Below are positions 9,402 to 19,712 of a stretch of DNA of 20,000 bases, in pieces. The stretch is from Malacoraja senta (taxonomy: Eukaryota): assembly GCA_038087875.1 (NCBI GenBank), contig JAXLNO010000621.1, positions 59,651 through 79,650 on the forward strand. The letters run 5' to 3'. The translations under genes and the position numbers were made by a program. The number at the start of each line of letters is the position of its first letter. Position 1 is the first letter of the stretch. The notes beneath the pieces are model-generated. The model did no database searches. It was not told where the DNA came from and saw only the letters and a list, made by a program, of their open reading frames with translations.

Positions 9402-9747
9402 TATAGAGTCAGAGTTGAACAGGCTCTTCAATGCTGATCAAGTTGCCCAATCAAACGTCCCACGTCTCTGTTCCTGGCCCTGTACATCTTTGGAATGTGG
9501 GAGGAAACCAGAGCTCCCGGAGAAAACCCACACAGTTACGAGGAGAATGTTTGAATGTAATGGCACTCTCTACTACCTGGGAGATATTACAATAATCACG
9601 CAAGCTTTGTACATTGGACAACCCTTCTGTTCATGCTCTAAAGCTTTCCTAACCATGTACCTGTCCAAGTCTCTTTTAAAAGTCGTAATTATATCCGCCT
9701 CCAGCACTTCCTCTGGCAGCTCGTTTGATGTGCACCCCACCCTGTGT
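9402..9747 (-). mobile_element. Old CR1/HER1-type LINE 3' end, interrupted by a duplicated segment at 9479-9624
   Basis: TAGAGTCA..AACAGGCTCTTC..GTCCCAC..TGGCCC | CTCTAAAGCTTTCCTAACCATGTACCTGTCCAA..CTTCCTCTGGCAGCTCGTT..CACCCTGTGT resembles a reverse-complemented CR1 3' UTR. Confidence 0.6.
9479..9624 (+). repeat. 146-bp direct repeat of 10941-11086
   Basis: Ungapped alignment at offset 1462 with 12 mismatches by hand count (about 92% identity). Confidence 0.93.
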
Positions 9748-9749
9748 AT

Positions 9750-9878
9750 AATTTATGTGTAATTTATGTTTTATGTGTTGTCTGAGTCTATGTGCCTGCA
9801 ATGCTGCTGCAAGCAAGATTTTCATTGCAGCTCTACCTAGCCATTCTTGTGCAAATGACAATAAATGTGCCTTGACTC
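9750..9878 (+). mobile_element. Probable 3' end of another non-LTR element (Rex/Babar-like tail)
   Basis: GTGCCTGCAATGCTGCTGCAAGCAAGATTTTCATTG...TGACAATAAA..CTTGACT resembles recalled elasmobranch LINE 3' ends. The family assignment is uncertain. Confidence 0.4.
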
Positions 9879-10339
9879 TTCAGCAATCATTTTCTATTTA
9901 TGTTTATAAATTGTTAGTTTGGTTGCTTATCTGTCATTATCTGTCGTTTTTGTTGCTCCAACTCCTATGTTAAGATCTCCCCTGTCCTATTTACTTTAAA
10001 CTTGGGTTTTAGCTATTATTAGTCATATTGTCAAAAACCTGTTCTTTGTTTCTTTACTTGTCTCATTTTATCATCTATCTTTTAGTCATACAGGAGCTTA
10101 TGCCATCCTTATCCTTCTGTATGAATTTATCTATCCTGTGTTTGAACCTTTTTCTTTTTTGCATGGCCTCATTTGTTCAATTTATTTTTCGTTCACCAAT
10201 AAAGCAAAACTCTTTCAGTAATGCATTATTGCACCTAATTGTACCTCAGCAATTTTTTTAATTATGCTAAACTTACTGATAACACCACTCCCTATGACAA
10301 TTCCTGAGCCATACCCTTTATTTCCGCAAGATCTCCTTT

Positions 10340-10560
10340 GTAGGCCATTCTCACCACCATATCAATCCTATACTCCTTGCACTGTTACGTACACTTTTTC
10401 ATTCCCAAGATCCTTTCCAGTTCCCTCCCTTATTAGAAATTCCCTGATTGGGAAAACTTTCCTGCACATATTTCAGGAATTTCTCCCTCCTTTTGTTCTT
10501 TACGCTGGCTGCTTTTACAATCCATAAGGGGATAAATGAAAAGTACCATTGCCACTGCTC
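10340..10560 (-). mobile_element. Ancient CR1 endonuclease-region fragment
   Basis: The minus strand encodes REKFLKYVQESFPNQ, compared with CR1 GEEFLECVQENFLDQ. It may belong to the same decayed element as 8940-9397. Confidence 0.45.
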
Positions 10561-10821
10561 AAGATTTTGTATCTTTCTGTTATTTGACATTTTCTCTTCT
10601 GTCCCTTTTCCATTATCTGGTGATTTGTTGTGTAGTGAATAGCTCATTTCTTAATCCTAATCTATCCTGGGCTAGCCTTAAAATTACATGATACTTGAAG
10701 TGTACTAACATGGTGGTGGGCCCACAGGGGGCTGGGAGGGTGCTATGCAAGGTCTTTTGTTTGTAGGTTTTGTGGCTTTCTGCACAATTACATGCAGAAA
10801 CAACATATTAGTTTGAAAGTC

Positions 10822-11012
10822 TTAGTTTAGTTTGGAGATACATATGCAGCACAGGAACAAGCCCTTCGGCCCACCGAGCCCACTATCCTACACACTGGGG
10901 ATAATTTATAATTTTTTACTGGAGCCAATTAACTTACAAACCTGTACGTCTTTGGAATGTGGGAGGAAACCAGAGCCTCCGGAGAAAACCCACACAGTTA
11001 TGGGGAGAATGT
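10822..11012 (-). mobile_element. 5'-truncated HE1-type SINE
   Basis: TTAGTTTAGTTT tail, AACAAGCCCTTCGGCCCAC and TTTGGAATGTGGGAGGAAACC..GGAGAAAACCCAC, homologous to 11807-12000. Confidence 0.85.
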
Positions 11013-11806
11013 TTGAATATAATGGCACTCTCTTCTACCTGGGAAATATTACAATAAACACACAATCTTTGCACATTGGACAACCCCTTATCAAGCGTGA
11101 AGAACTTTCTCAAGTCAAGCAGTAAGCAAAAATTACTTATTTGGCCACATCAAACATCTTAGAGGCTGGAATATTTAATGGAGTATACACAACGATTAAA
11201 GCAGATTCTAAAATATCACTTAAATTAGTTTAAAATTCAAAATAATTTGAAATCTTTCTCTGCAGAAATCTTTATCCACATACATTAAATTGTCTGCTTG
11301 GTCCAGAGAGCTTGCGAAGTAGGAATTATAGCTTAATATGGCATTAAAAAGAATTTTAGTATTTTGTATCGACCTAAGATTTTGGGGTATTAAGCAGTCA
11401 CAATAGTATGCCTGCATCTTAAGCCTTTGCAATGTCATTGTTTTACATAGATACCACAGCAAAGATTGAAAAACAGTGCTCCCTGTTCAGAAGCAGGGAG
11501 TCACTGCAGCTTCTGAGTTTCTGTTTAACTGCATGTATGTACTCCAGATGTTAGTGCCAGTGTTAGGATGTAAACATGCAGTTTGCTGGTGGTTGTTGCA
11601 AAGCCAGAAGATCACTAGTGATCAAGATTTGAAAAAAAATGTCCCAATTGAGAGAAGTATGTGTATATAACCTTTGTTCATAAATTTTGTTCACCTTTGC
11701 AATTTTGGTAACATTTTATGTTCCTCCAATTGTAGCAGCGTGTTTATGCTCCATCTTGGATTATGGAGTTTTCATCCATCTAAGCTATATGACTCAAGTC
11801 TTGAGT

Positions 11807-12095
11807 GTAGTTTTAGTTTAGAGATACAGCGCGGAAACAGGCCCTTCGGCCCACCAAGTTCGCTGCGACCAGCGATCCCCGTACATTAACACTCTATCCT
11901 ATACACATGAGGGACAATTTACAATTTTACCAAGCCAAAGCTAGATGTCTTTGGCATGTGGGAGTAACCCGGAGATCCGGCAGAAAACCCATGCTGGTCA
12001 CAAACTACGAATAGACAAGCACCCATAGTCTTGATTGAACCCATGTCTCTGGCATTGTAAGGCAGCAACTCTACCGCTGCACCACGGTGTCGCCC
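11807..12095 (-). mobile_element. Near full-length HE1-type tRNA-derived SINE (V-SINE)
   Basis: The minus strand starts GGGCGACACCGTGGTGCAGCGGTAGAG, with an A box at 12074-12084, a B box GGGTTCAATC at 12033-12042 and a CTCTAAACTAAA tail. A possible decayed TSD is AAGTCTTGAGT / AAGTCCTTAGT (11796-11806, 12096-12106). Confidence 0.9.
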
Positions 12096-12105
12096 AAGTC
12101 CTTAG

Positions 12106-12250
12106 TAAAAACATTCAACAAGTCAGGCAACCCATGTGGAAAAAGTAATAATTAATGTTTCAGGTGAAAGATCCTTTGTAAGACCTGAAACTCTTTACCT
12201 GCATCTCTATTGTTGTACAGACCCCTGTTTGCTGTGTGAGTGTTACTAGA
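12106..12250. mobile_element. Old degenerate Penelope-like terminal fragment(s), apparently inverted pair
   Basis: TCAACAAGTCAGGCAACCCATGTGGA..ATGTTTCAGGT...ACCTGAAAC resembles the layout of 18020-18110. Confidence 0.4.
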
Positions 12251-12815
12251 GTGCAAGTTAAATGTTAATTTGTAGCTCGAGAATTGTTTGCAGATTGTGC
12301 TTGTTCAGTGTTTATTAAAACTTTTGAATCCAAACTGAAAGTTCAAGAGCACTGTAGCTGAATTTGTATGTGTTCAGTATGGTAAGATTTTGACTAATCA
12401 GAAGCCTTTAAATCAACTAAAGCTTCCAAGCAGTAATAAGATTAGCTTACACCAGCACTTAAAGTAAGTGAAGGAAATTGTACAGGTTGAGCCCCATTGG
12501 ATATCTATTTTCAGCATCTAATAAGACTTGACTCGCTAATAAGCGAGTTTGGTATCTCGATAAACGCAAGAAATCATGGGATTTGTCATAGGTCATTCGG
12601 GATTAAAAAAAGCGAACACAGCGCTGTATACACTGTGTATAAATTGTTAACTATTCTACCAAGGAATTAATCTAGAATTCTGTCAACTCAATAGCTTCCT
12701 TTCTTGTTCTGCTGTTCACACACTACTTACACAATCCAGTTCTAGTTCAGTTCATTAATCTGCAATTATGAAATATTCAAAAAGTTAAAGAATTTATTAT
12801 TTTCATTTAATTCTT

Positions 12816-15148
12816 TTTATTTTTATTTTAATTTTTTTAAATTTTTTTTTATTTTTGTTAGAAGTATGTACAATAATGTGGTACCACAGTACCTAATACT
12901 TGTTGACATATTAAATTTCATATGCATTTCATGTACATTTCAAATACAACTTCTTATTTTTAATTTAATAATAAAGCACGAGTAAGAGAGAAAGGAGAAA
13001 AGAAGAGATTGATATAGAGTGTTGCGTGAAATAGAAAGATAGCCCGAGAGAAGAAAGAAGAGAAGAAGAAGTAGAAAGAGAGAGAGAAAGAGACGATATA
13101 GTGAAGAAGGAAAAAGAGAGAAAAAACAAAAAGGGGAAAAAGGAGATTGAAAACGATATATCTATTTAATGTTCCTGGCCACCCGTCACCTGATTCTGAA
13201 CCGTTTTGTTTCTATGGTTGTGTTGCACCATATGCTTGTAAGAAGTCGATAAAGGGAGACCAAATCAATAAGAATTGGTCTACTTTACCTGCTAGAAGGA
13301 GTCGCATTTCTTCAAGATATGCCGTTTCCGACATATTTGAAATCCACATTTTGAGCGTTGGCGTTGGCGCATTTTTCCAAAATTTAAGTGTGAGTTTTTT
13401 TGCCGTTATTAAACCGTAATTAAGTAGAGATTTTTGAGACTATTTAGCTTATTCCCATCTTCCATTGATCCAAAGATAATCCATTCTGTATTAGGTTCAA
13501 TTCTTCTATTAAATAGTTTTGTAAAAATGTCAAAAATGCCATTCCAGAATTTATGAAGTTTTATACAGGAGACAAAAGAGTGTGTTATAGTGGCATTCTC
13601 AGATAAGCATTTATCACAGATGGGAGAGATATTTGGATAGAATTTGTTCAGTCTAGTTTTCGAGTAGTATAATCTATGTAAAATTTTTAATTGAATTTAA
13701 TTATGTTTTGCATTAATCGAACATTTATGTATGTATATCAGGTGTTTTTCCCATGTTTCTCTCAAAATTTGTATCTGTAATTCTCGTTCCCAATCTGCTC
13801 TGATTGCCTCTGTCGATGGTGATTCTATATTTAAAATGATATTATATAAGTATGATATTAAATTGCATGAGTCTGCCTTAATATTCATTGCTTCATCTAA
13901 TGATTCTAGATTTAGAATTTTATATCCTTGTATGTGTTTTTTCAAATAATCTCTAATTTGAAGGTATTTAAAGTATTGGTTATTTTTCAAGATGTATTTT
14001 AATTGTAATTGTTGAAATCATAAGAAATTTTCGATTTCATACAAGTCTCCAATCCTTTTAATTCCTAATCTTTCCCAATAGGTATACGTTTTGTCAGTGA
14101 GAGATGGTTTAAATGCGGGATTATTTACTATTGGAGATAAAAGCGATAAGTTTCTTAATTTCAAAGTTAGTTTTATTTGTTTCCAAATTCGAATTGTGTT
14201 GTGGATAATTGGGTTCTTATATATTGTGTTGTTTAATTTTATCAGGGAAAAGAGGATCACTCCTATATTAAAAGGAGAGCAGTCCTCTTTCTCCATTCTT
14301 ATCCATTCTACCTGTTGGGCAGAGCTGTCCAACCAATAAATTATGTTTTTAAAATGTACTGCCCAATAGTAGTATAAAAAGTTCGGGAGTGTCAATCCCC
14401 CAGATTCTTTAGGTTTACACAGGTGTTTTCTTTGGATTCTATGTGATCTGTAGTCCCATATGAAGTTTGTAATATTGGAGTCTAATTTTTTTAAGAAGTT
14501 TTTTGGTAAGTATATTGGTATTGATTGAAATAGATATAATATTTGTGGTAGAAAAATCATTTTTATAACATTTATTCTGCCTATTAATGACATCGGCAGG
14601 GTTTTCCAGAATTTAATCAACGCATTCAATTTAGTTAATAAAGGCATAAAATTTGCGTTAAATAGTGATTTATATTTTCTAGTAATTTGGATACCCAAAT
14701 ACTTGAATTTTTCTGTTGCAATTTTAAATGGAAATTTTAACAGGTGTGTCGAGTCTTGGGGTTTTAGCGCCATAATTTCACTTTTATTCCAATTTATTCT
14801 ATATCCTGAGAAGGAGCCAAATTCCTCTATTAAATTTAATATATTTGGTATACTCACTTGCGAATTTGTAATTTATAATAATATGTCGTCTGCGTATAGT
14901 GACATTTTATTATTTGAATCTTTGGTATTATATCCCTGAATATTCGGATGGCTTCTTATACTTTCTGCTAAAGGCTCTATCACAAGGGCAAATAGCAGGG
15001 GTGATAATGCACACCCCTGTCTATTGCCCCATGTTAAATGAAATTTTAAAGATAACATATTGTTAGTCAGTATTCTAGCAGTCGGCTTGTCATATAATAA
15101 TTTTACCCATGAAATAAAATTCTCTCCCATGTTAAATTTTTGCAATAC
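12816..15148 (-). mobile_element. 5'-truncated L1-clade LINE (ORF2 RT through C-terminus, 3' UTR, A-rich tail)
   Basis: Encodes GNRQGCALSPLLF, SLYADD, FSGYRINWNKS, KYLGI, GGLTLPN and the Cys-rich CDKCLSENATITHSFVSC (about 13565-13620). The ORF stop is at 13212-13214, with a premature stop at 14873 and frameshifts. A 10-bp TSD, TTTAATTCTT, lies at 12806-12815 and 15149-15158. Confidence 0.95.
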
Positions 15149-15620
15149 TTTAATTCTTAATGTGTTTGCTACTGGAATAAGAAAATCTTACTTGTATTTG
15201 AAACTTTGTTATCTTTCTTCATAATTTATGTATAAAAATATATTTAATCTGAGGCAGGCAGCGACTGTATCAGTGTGATACGGGCTGGTGCTTTACCTAC
15301 TGGCGGTGTGAATGTACCGTTAAGGCAAAGATTCATCTCTGAGGAAATCTGAGTACAGGGTTGGCCCTGTGAAGGAGCCGCCAATCCGATATAAGACATT
15401 TAACTGTGAAATGCCTGCCCTTTAGTATTAGATAGATTGAGTGGAGGGTCTGTGCTCTTCCGTGGTTGCGGTGTGTTTCCCCCAGCCATCTCGCCCAGTA
15501 CACGTTGACCAGCACAGTTCGCCAGCCCTTGTTAGCAGAGGCTCTTTGTGGAGGTGTTACCCGAAGCCCAAAGGTTTTGTGGAGGTTCTGCGTTAGGATC
15601 CGGCACGCAGCGAGCTAGCG

Positions 15621-15650
15621 AGATCAGATCAGATCAGATCAGATCAGACC
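15621..15650 (+). repeat. (AGATC)5 pentanucleotide repeat plus one variant unit
   Basis: Directly visible. Confidence 0.95.
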
Positions 15651-17964
15651 AGGTTGCCGAGTGGCCGAAGGGTGGATTTTAATGGGTCGTTATTAAACTG
15701 TTCCGTCTGTGTGGTATCGCCAGCTCTCTCTCTCTCTCCCAGATCCCCCACCCCAACTGTCGACAAAGTCTTACTGAGGAAATGCTCCCACTCATATTAC
15801 GGGTTGGCTTCGCGTTTGCCCACTCGCTGGGGCGGGCGGCGCCTCCTTCAAAGAGAGCGAGAACAGGTCCCGTCAGCTGGGGAGCTGCAACCCACTCCTG
15901 AGTGAAGCCTCTAGTTTGGCTGCGGTTCAAATGGCTGCAAATTCTCATAATTATCACCGCCCGGTCACCCGGACCCGGCTCCCAACTGTGTGCCCTGAGA
16001 GACTGGAACCAACCCCAGAGGTTAAAGCGACAGCATCTTTATTTAAGCCAACCCACCTCGCAAGTTTACCCAGCCTGTTCAAATCCAATCTGAACTTTCC
16101 AACCTACCCCCCCACACAGCACATTCTCCTCGTATCTTTCAATCCAGGAAAGTTGTTTAGATAGGAATTTAAGGACTGTCTCAAATTGGTTGACCACACA
16201 ACTTGTAATTCGTGCAAATCAATATTAAATTTGAATGGCTGTGACTCGGGCTAATGCCAGGGATTTGATAAATGACAGGTTCGTTCCAGGCATTCTTGCA
16301 TTTTCAAGGCTGGTGCTGTATTGAGTCAATAATTTAAATACACAATTGTGGATTTGTGCAGCCTGCGGTACGCTGTGGCCTACTGCTGACATATTTGACG
16401 GATAAATGTATTTATAAATCGCATTGAAATGAATACGCAGGTCTGTACACACACAGTAGCTCAGCTGGCGAGAATGTTTATTCCGAATGACCCATGACCT
16501 GGGCATGCGCAGATGTAATACCGAACTCGCTTATTCTCCCTTTGAGAAATGCCGGTTGTCCACTCAGTATTCTGGAAATGTTCACGCTACCTCTCCACCC
16601 CACCCTAAAGTCTGGCGTTTTTATTTTTGCATTGATTTTGGTTTCATTAGGTTAAAACATGCTCCGATGCATTTAATTTGTACATACTGATATTTTACTG
16701 TTCAGTTTTCTTTTCATGAGCTGTGTAAGCAAGCAGGTGAACATTTAGACTAAAGAGCATTTCAAATTGACAGTGATAAGCTAATTGAAATTTATTACAG
16801 TTTTTTCATTATGTTAATTGAAAAAGGACAAGCCAGATACTGTGAACATTTAAGAAGCAGGTAACATTAGGAATAAAAAACGGGAATGGGGCATTTGTCT
16901 CCTTGTATCTAATTCATTATTCAGTAAGATTGTGACTGCGACAACTGATGAAGAAATTGATGAGACCAGATATTGCAAATGTTCAGATACATTGTAAATT
17001 AATTACTTTAGATAACTGAAGATGAGTAACCAGAATATTATTGACTAGTGTATACAGTAGTCACTAAGGATAAAATAACTTTGTACTTGAGAAATGTGAG
17101 CTGATTTGAGTCATTGCAATGAATGTTGACAAATGGATCACTTTTCTGCAAAGTTTTTTATACTTTAGTAATGTATTTATTGTATATATTTGCAGTTGTT
17201 TATCAAGTTGCAAGTCTTTGAATATCCCAATCTACTTTATGCTGTTGGCTTCATAGATCCATTGAGATTGTTTAATTCTGGCCTCAAGTGTATCATTTGT
17301 AAATCCATTCTAAAATGTCAGCTCATTGATCCCAATACTCTGCTTACAGCTGGCAGATCCTTTATCTTTCAGTACAACAGCTGCAGTAAGGAACTCAATA
17401 AATTACTTGTACCCATTCTTCTCTGCTTTATTTCCACCGTACTAATTTCTAACCTGTGTTTTAGATTAATCCTCACTACTGTCCTTATCTTTTTTCATTA
17501 TTAGCCCCAAAACATCCTGAATCCCAGCTTTTTTTCCTATCCCTTCTAAACACAGTTCCCTATCTTGTACATTTTTATAATCTAATAAAAATTATATTAT
17601 TACCATAATCTGTAACGGTTCGAGATAAAATCCATCCATCTCTATTTGTTGATTAACTTGGCAAACTTGATATGAATGCATTGTGCATTGAGATAAATCT
17701 ACATTAATTTTTGTTATATTTTTAATGCCTTTCTTTGATTTAACTTTCTTCTTTGCTATTAAACTTTTCAAACATGTTGCACGTGTAATTAAATTGCTAC
17801 TTTTTTCTGTTGACTAGACTTTTTAGGATAATTTTTTATTCTTCTGAGCCATGCATTCCATCCTCAATTTTTAATTTTAAAGCACGATCTAATCCCTGAT
17901 TATCAGATTCACCACAATATTGTGCCCAGCCTTTCCCAATGACACAGCTTCTCATTTTTAGTGT

Positions 17965-18171
17965 AAGAAGGAACTGCCGATGCTGGTTTAAACTGAAGAT
18001 AATCACAAAATGCTGGAGTATCTCAGCGGGACAGGCAGCATCTCTGGAGAGAAGGAATGGATGACGTTTCAGGTCGAGACCTTCAGAAGGGTCTTGACCC
18101 AAAACGTCACCCATTCTGTCTCTCCAGAGATGCTGTCTGTCCCGCTGAGTTACTCCAGCATTTTGTTTCTA
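17965..18171. mobile_element. Fold-back pair of Penelope-like terminal repeats flanked by a 16-bp direct repeat
   Basis: A minus copy spans 17965-18084 and a plus copy 18086-18171, with the symmetry centre at CCTTC-A-GAAGG. TTCTCATTTTTAGTGT occurs at 17949-17964 and 18190-18205. Confidence 0.88.
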
Positions 18172-18441
18172 TTCTGATTTTTATATCAATTCTCATTTTT
18201 AGTGTTCTGCTGTCAATCCTTAAAATCAAACCCTTTGCCTCTCTCTCCGTGCCTGGTGATATGTTCAAAACACAATCCCAAGGGAAATAAAAATTGGGGG
18301 AAAATCTATTTATTTTGGTGTAAAAGATTTCTTAAAATCATATGTTAAAGTGGCATAATTTAGAGTGTTGGTATTCAATTATGTCTGAGTTTAATGGTGC
18401 ATCTGTTCTTTGCCTGTTGTTCCTGTATCAACTGTTCGTAA

Positions 18442-19209
18442 AGGGCCTGTACCACTTAGGCGATTTTTCAGGCGACTGCCGGCGACTGTCAAGTCGTAGC
18501 AGGTCGCTGAAAAACCGGCGACTGGAACGATGACTGTCAGAGTGGAACACACACACAAATAAACACATCTCTTCCTTCACCAGCCAGTTATGCAGGCGGG
18601 GGACTGGGCAAGTGGGGGGAGCACTGTCTGAGTGAAATTCACACAGTGCAAAGCCAATGTGATACAGACACACACCACGATGAACAGGAAGGTTGACGCT
18701 GTAATTAAGACGGTGAAAGCACAGTGTAGGGAAGGGTCACTTAAGTCCTTTAAAAGAGGGGGGGAAGAAGGGGGAGATGGGGTGGGGAGAAGGAGTAGAG
18801 GCAACTTTTAAGAAGCCAGAGATATACGGCTGTGAAGCTCGGCAGACATTTAACATTACCAGTCGGTTATCCTTGGTTCTAAAAACTACTGTTTACGTTT
18901 TTTTCCCCCCAATGAGCCAATGAAATTCACCGGTCAGTACCGGTGACAACCTACGACCTCCTGGCGACCCACTACCACTGCACCTACGTCATGAGAATTC
19001 TCACTACTCTCCATGACGTCAAAATTCTGGTCGCCACTAATTTTTCAATAGAAAAATTAGCGGCGACCAGAATGAAGATGCGACTAGTTACGAGAATGCG
19101 GGAACTACTCACCACCATGCAGGCGACACCCCGGCAATCTCTGGCGAACATGTAGCGACCTTGTGGCGACCTCATAGTCTCCTGTAATCGCGAAAGTGGG
19201 ACAGGCCCA
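18442..19209. mobile_element. Non-autonomous PIF/Harbinger-type DNA transposon (768 bp)
   Basis: Ends are AGGGCCTGTACCACTT and AAGTGGGACAGGCCCA, with TSD TAA at 18439-18441 and 19210-19212. The termini match those of the 51-407 element. Confidence 0.88.
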
Positions 19210-19712
19210 TAAACAATAGAGATAATAATTAGCCAGCTGATTATACTCCATTATAAGTTGTTATATTCAAGAAAGCCAGGAATATCTTCGGACTGATGGA
19301 GTAAAATGATTTGCCTCTGTATCTTTTGATTACTTCACTGGTGAATGAACAGTCTTGCACAGCAGCAAGATAAGGTCTGTTGATAAGGAAGAGCAAGGAA
19401 ACAACATAGTGGTGCAATTGGAAAGTTTCTATTTTGCATCATCTCCTTCCCCTACCCCCCCCCCCCCCCCGAATACAAGCCCTCCTGCCACACTTTCCTA
19501 CACCAATAATGTCACTGTACCTTCAGCCACTAGCAACTCAGAACAGATCCTAGATGATGCAGATCGATTTGTGATAGACTATTGAGCTAATTTATTTAAA
19601 GGCAGAATCCATGAATGCATATTAGGATGCAACTTCACAGAGAGTTTGTGATACTATATAGCATAGGTGTTAACTCTAATGGCGAATAGAAGTTCCAAAT
19701 TAATGGATTATA

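Noticed and set aside
12030..12095. tRNA-like A and B boxes as a tRNA gene
   Set aside because: This is the tRNA-derived head of the HE1 SINE; there is no complete cloverleaf.
12481..12628. TACAG...CTGTA bracket with an ACTCGCT/AGCGAGT hairpin, possibly a Tc1/pogo-type MITE
   Set aside because: The terminal match is only 5 bp and the stem 7 bp, which is insufficient without a database search.
12975..13146. Purine-rich low-complexity tract
   Set aside because: Explained as the pyrimidine-rich 3' UTR of the minus-strand L1.
17042..17063. 22-bp near-perfect palindrome TGACTAGTGTATACAGTAGTCA
   Set aside because: It is isolated, has one mismatch, and is plausible by chance in 20 kb of AT-rich DNA.
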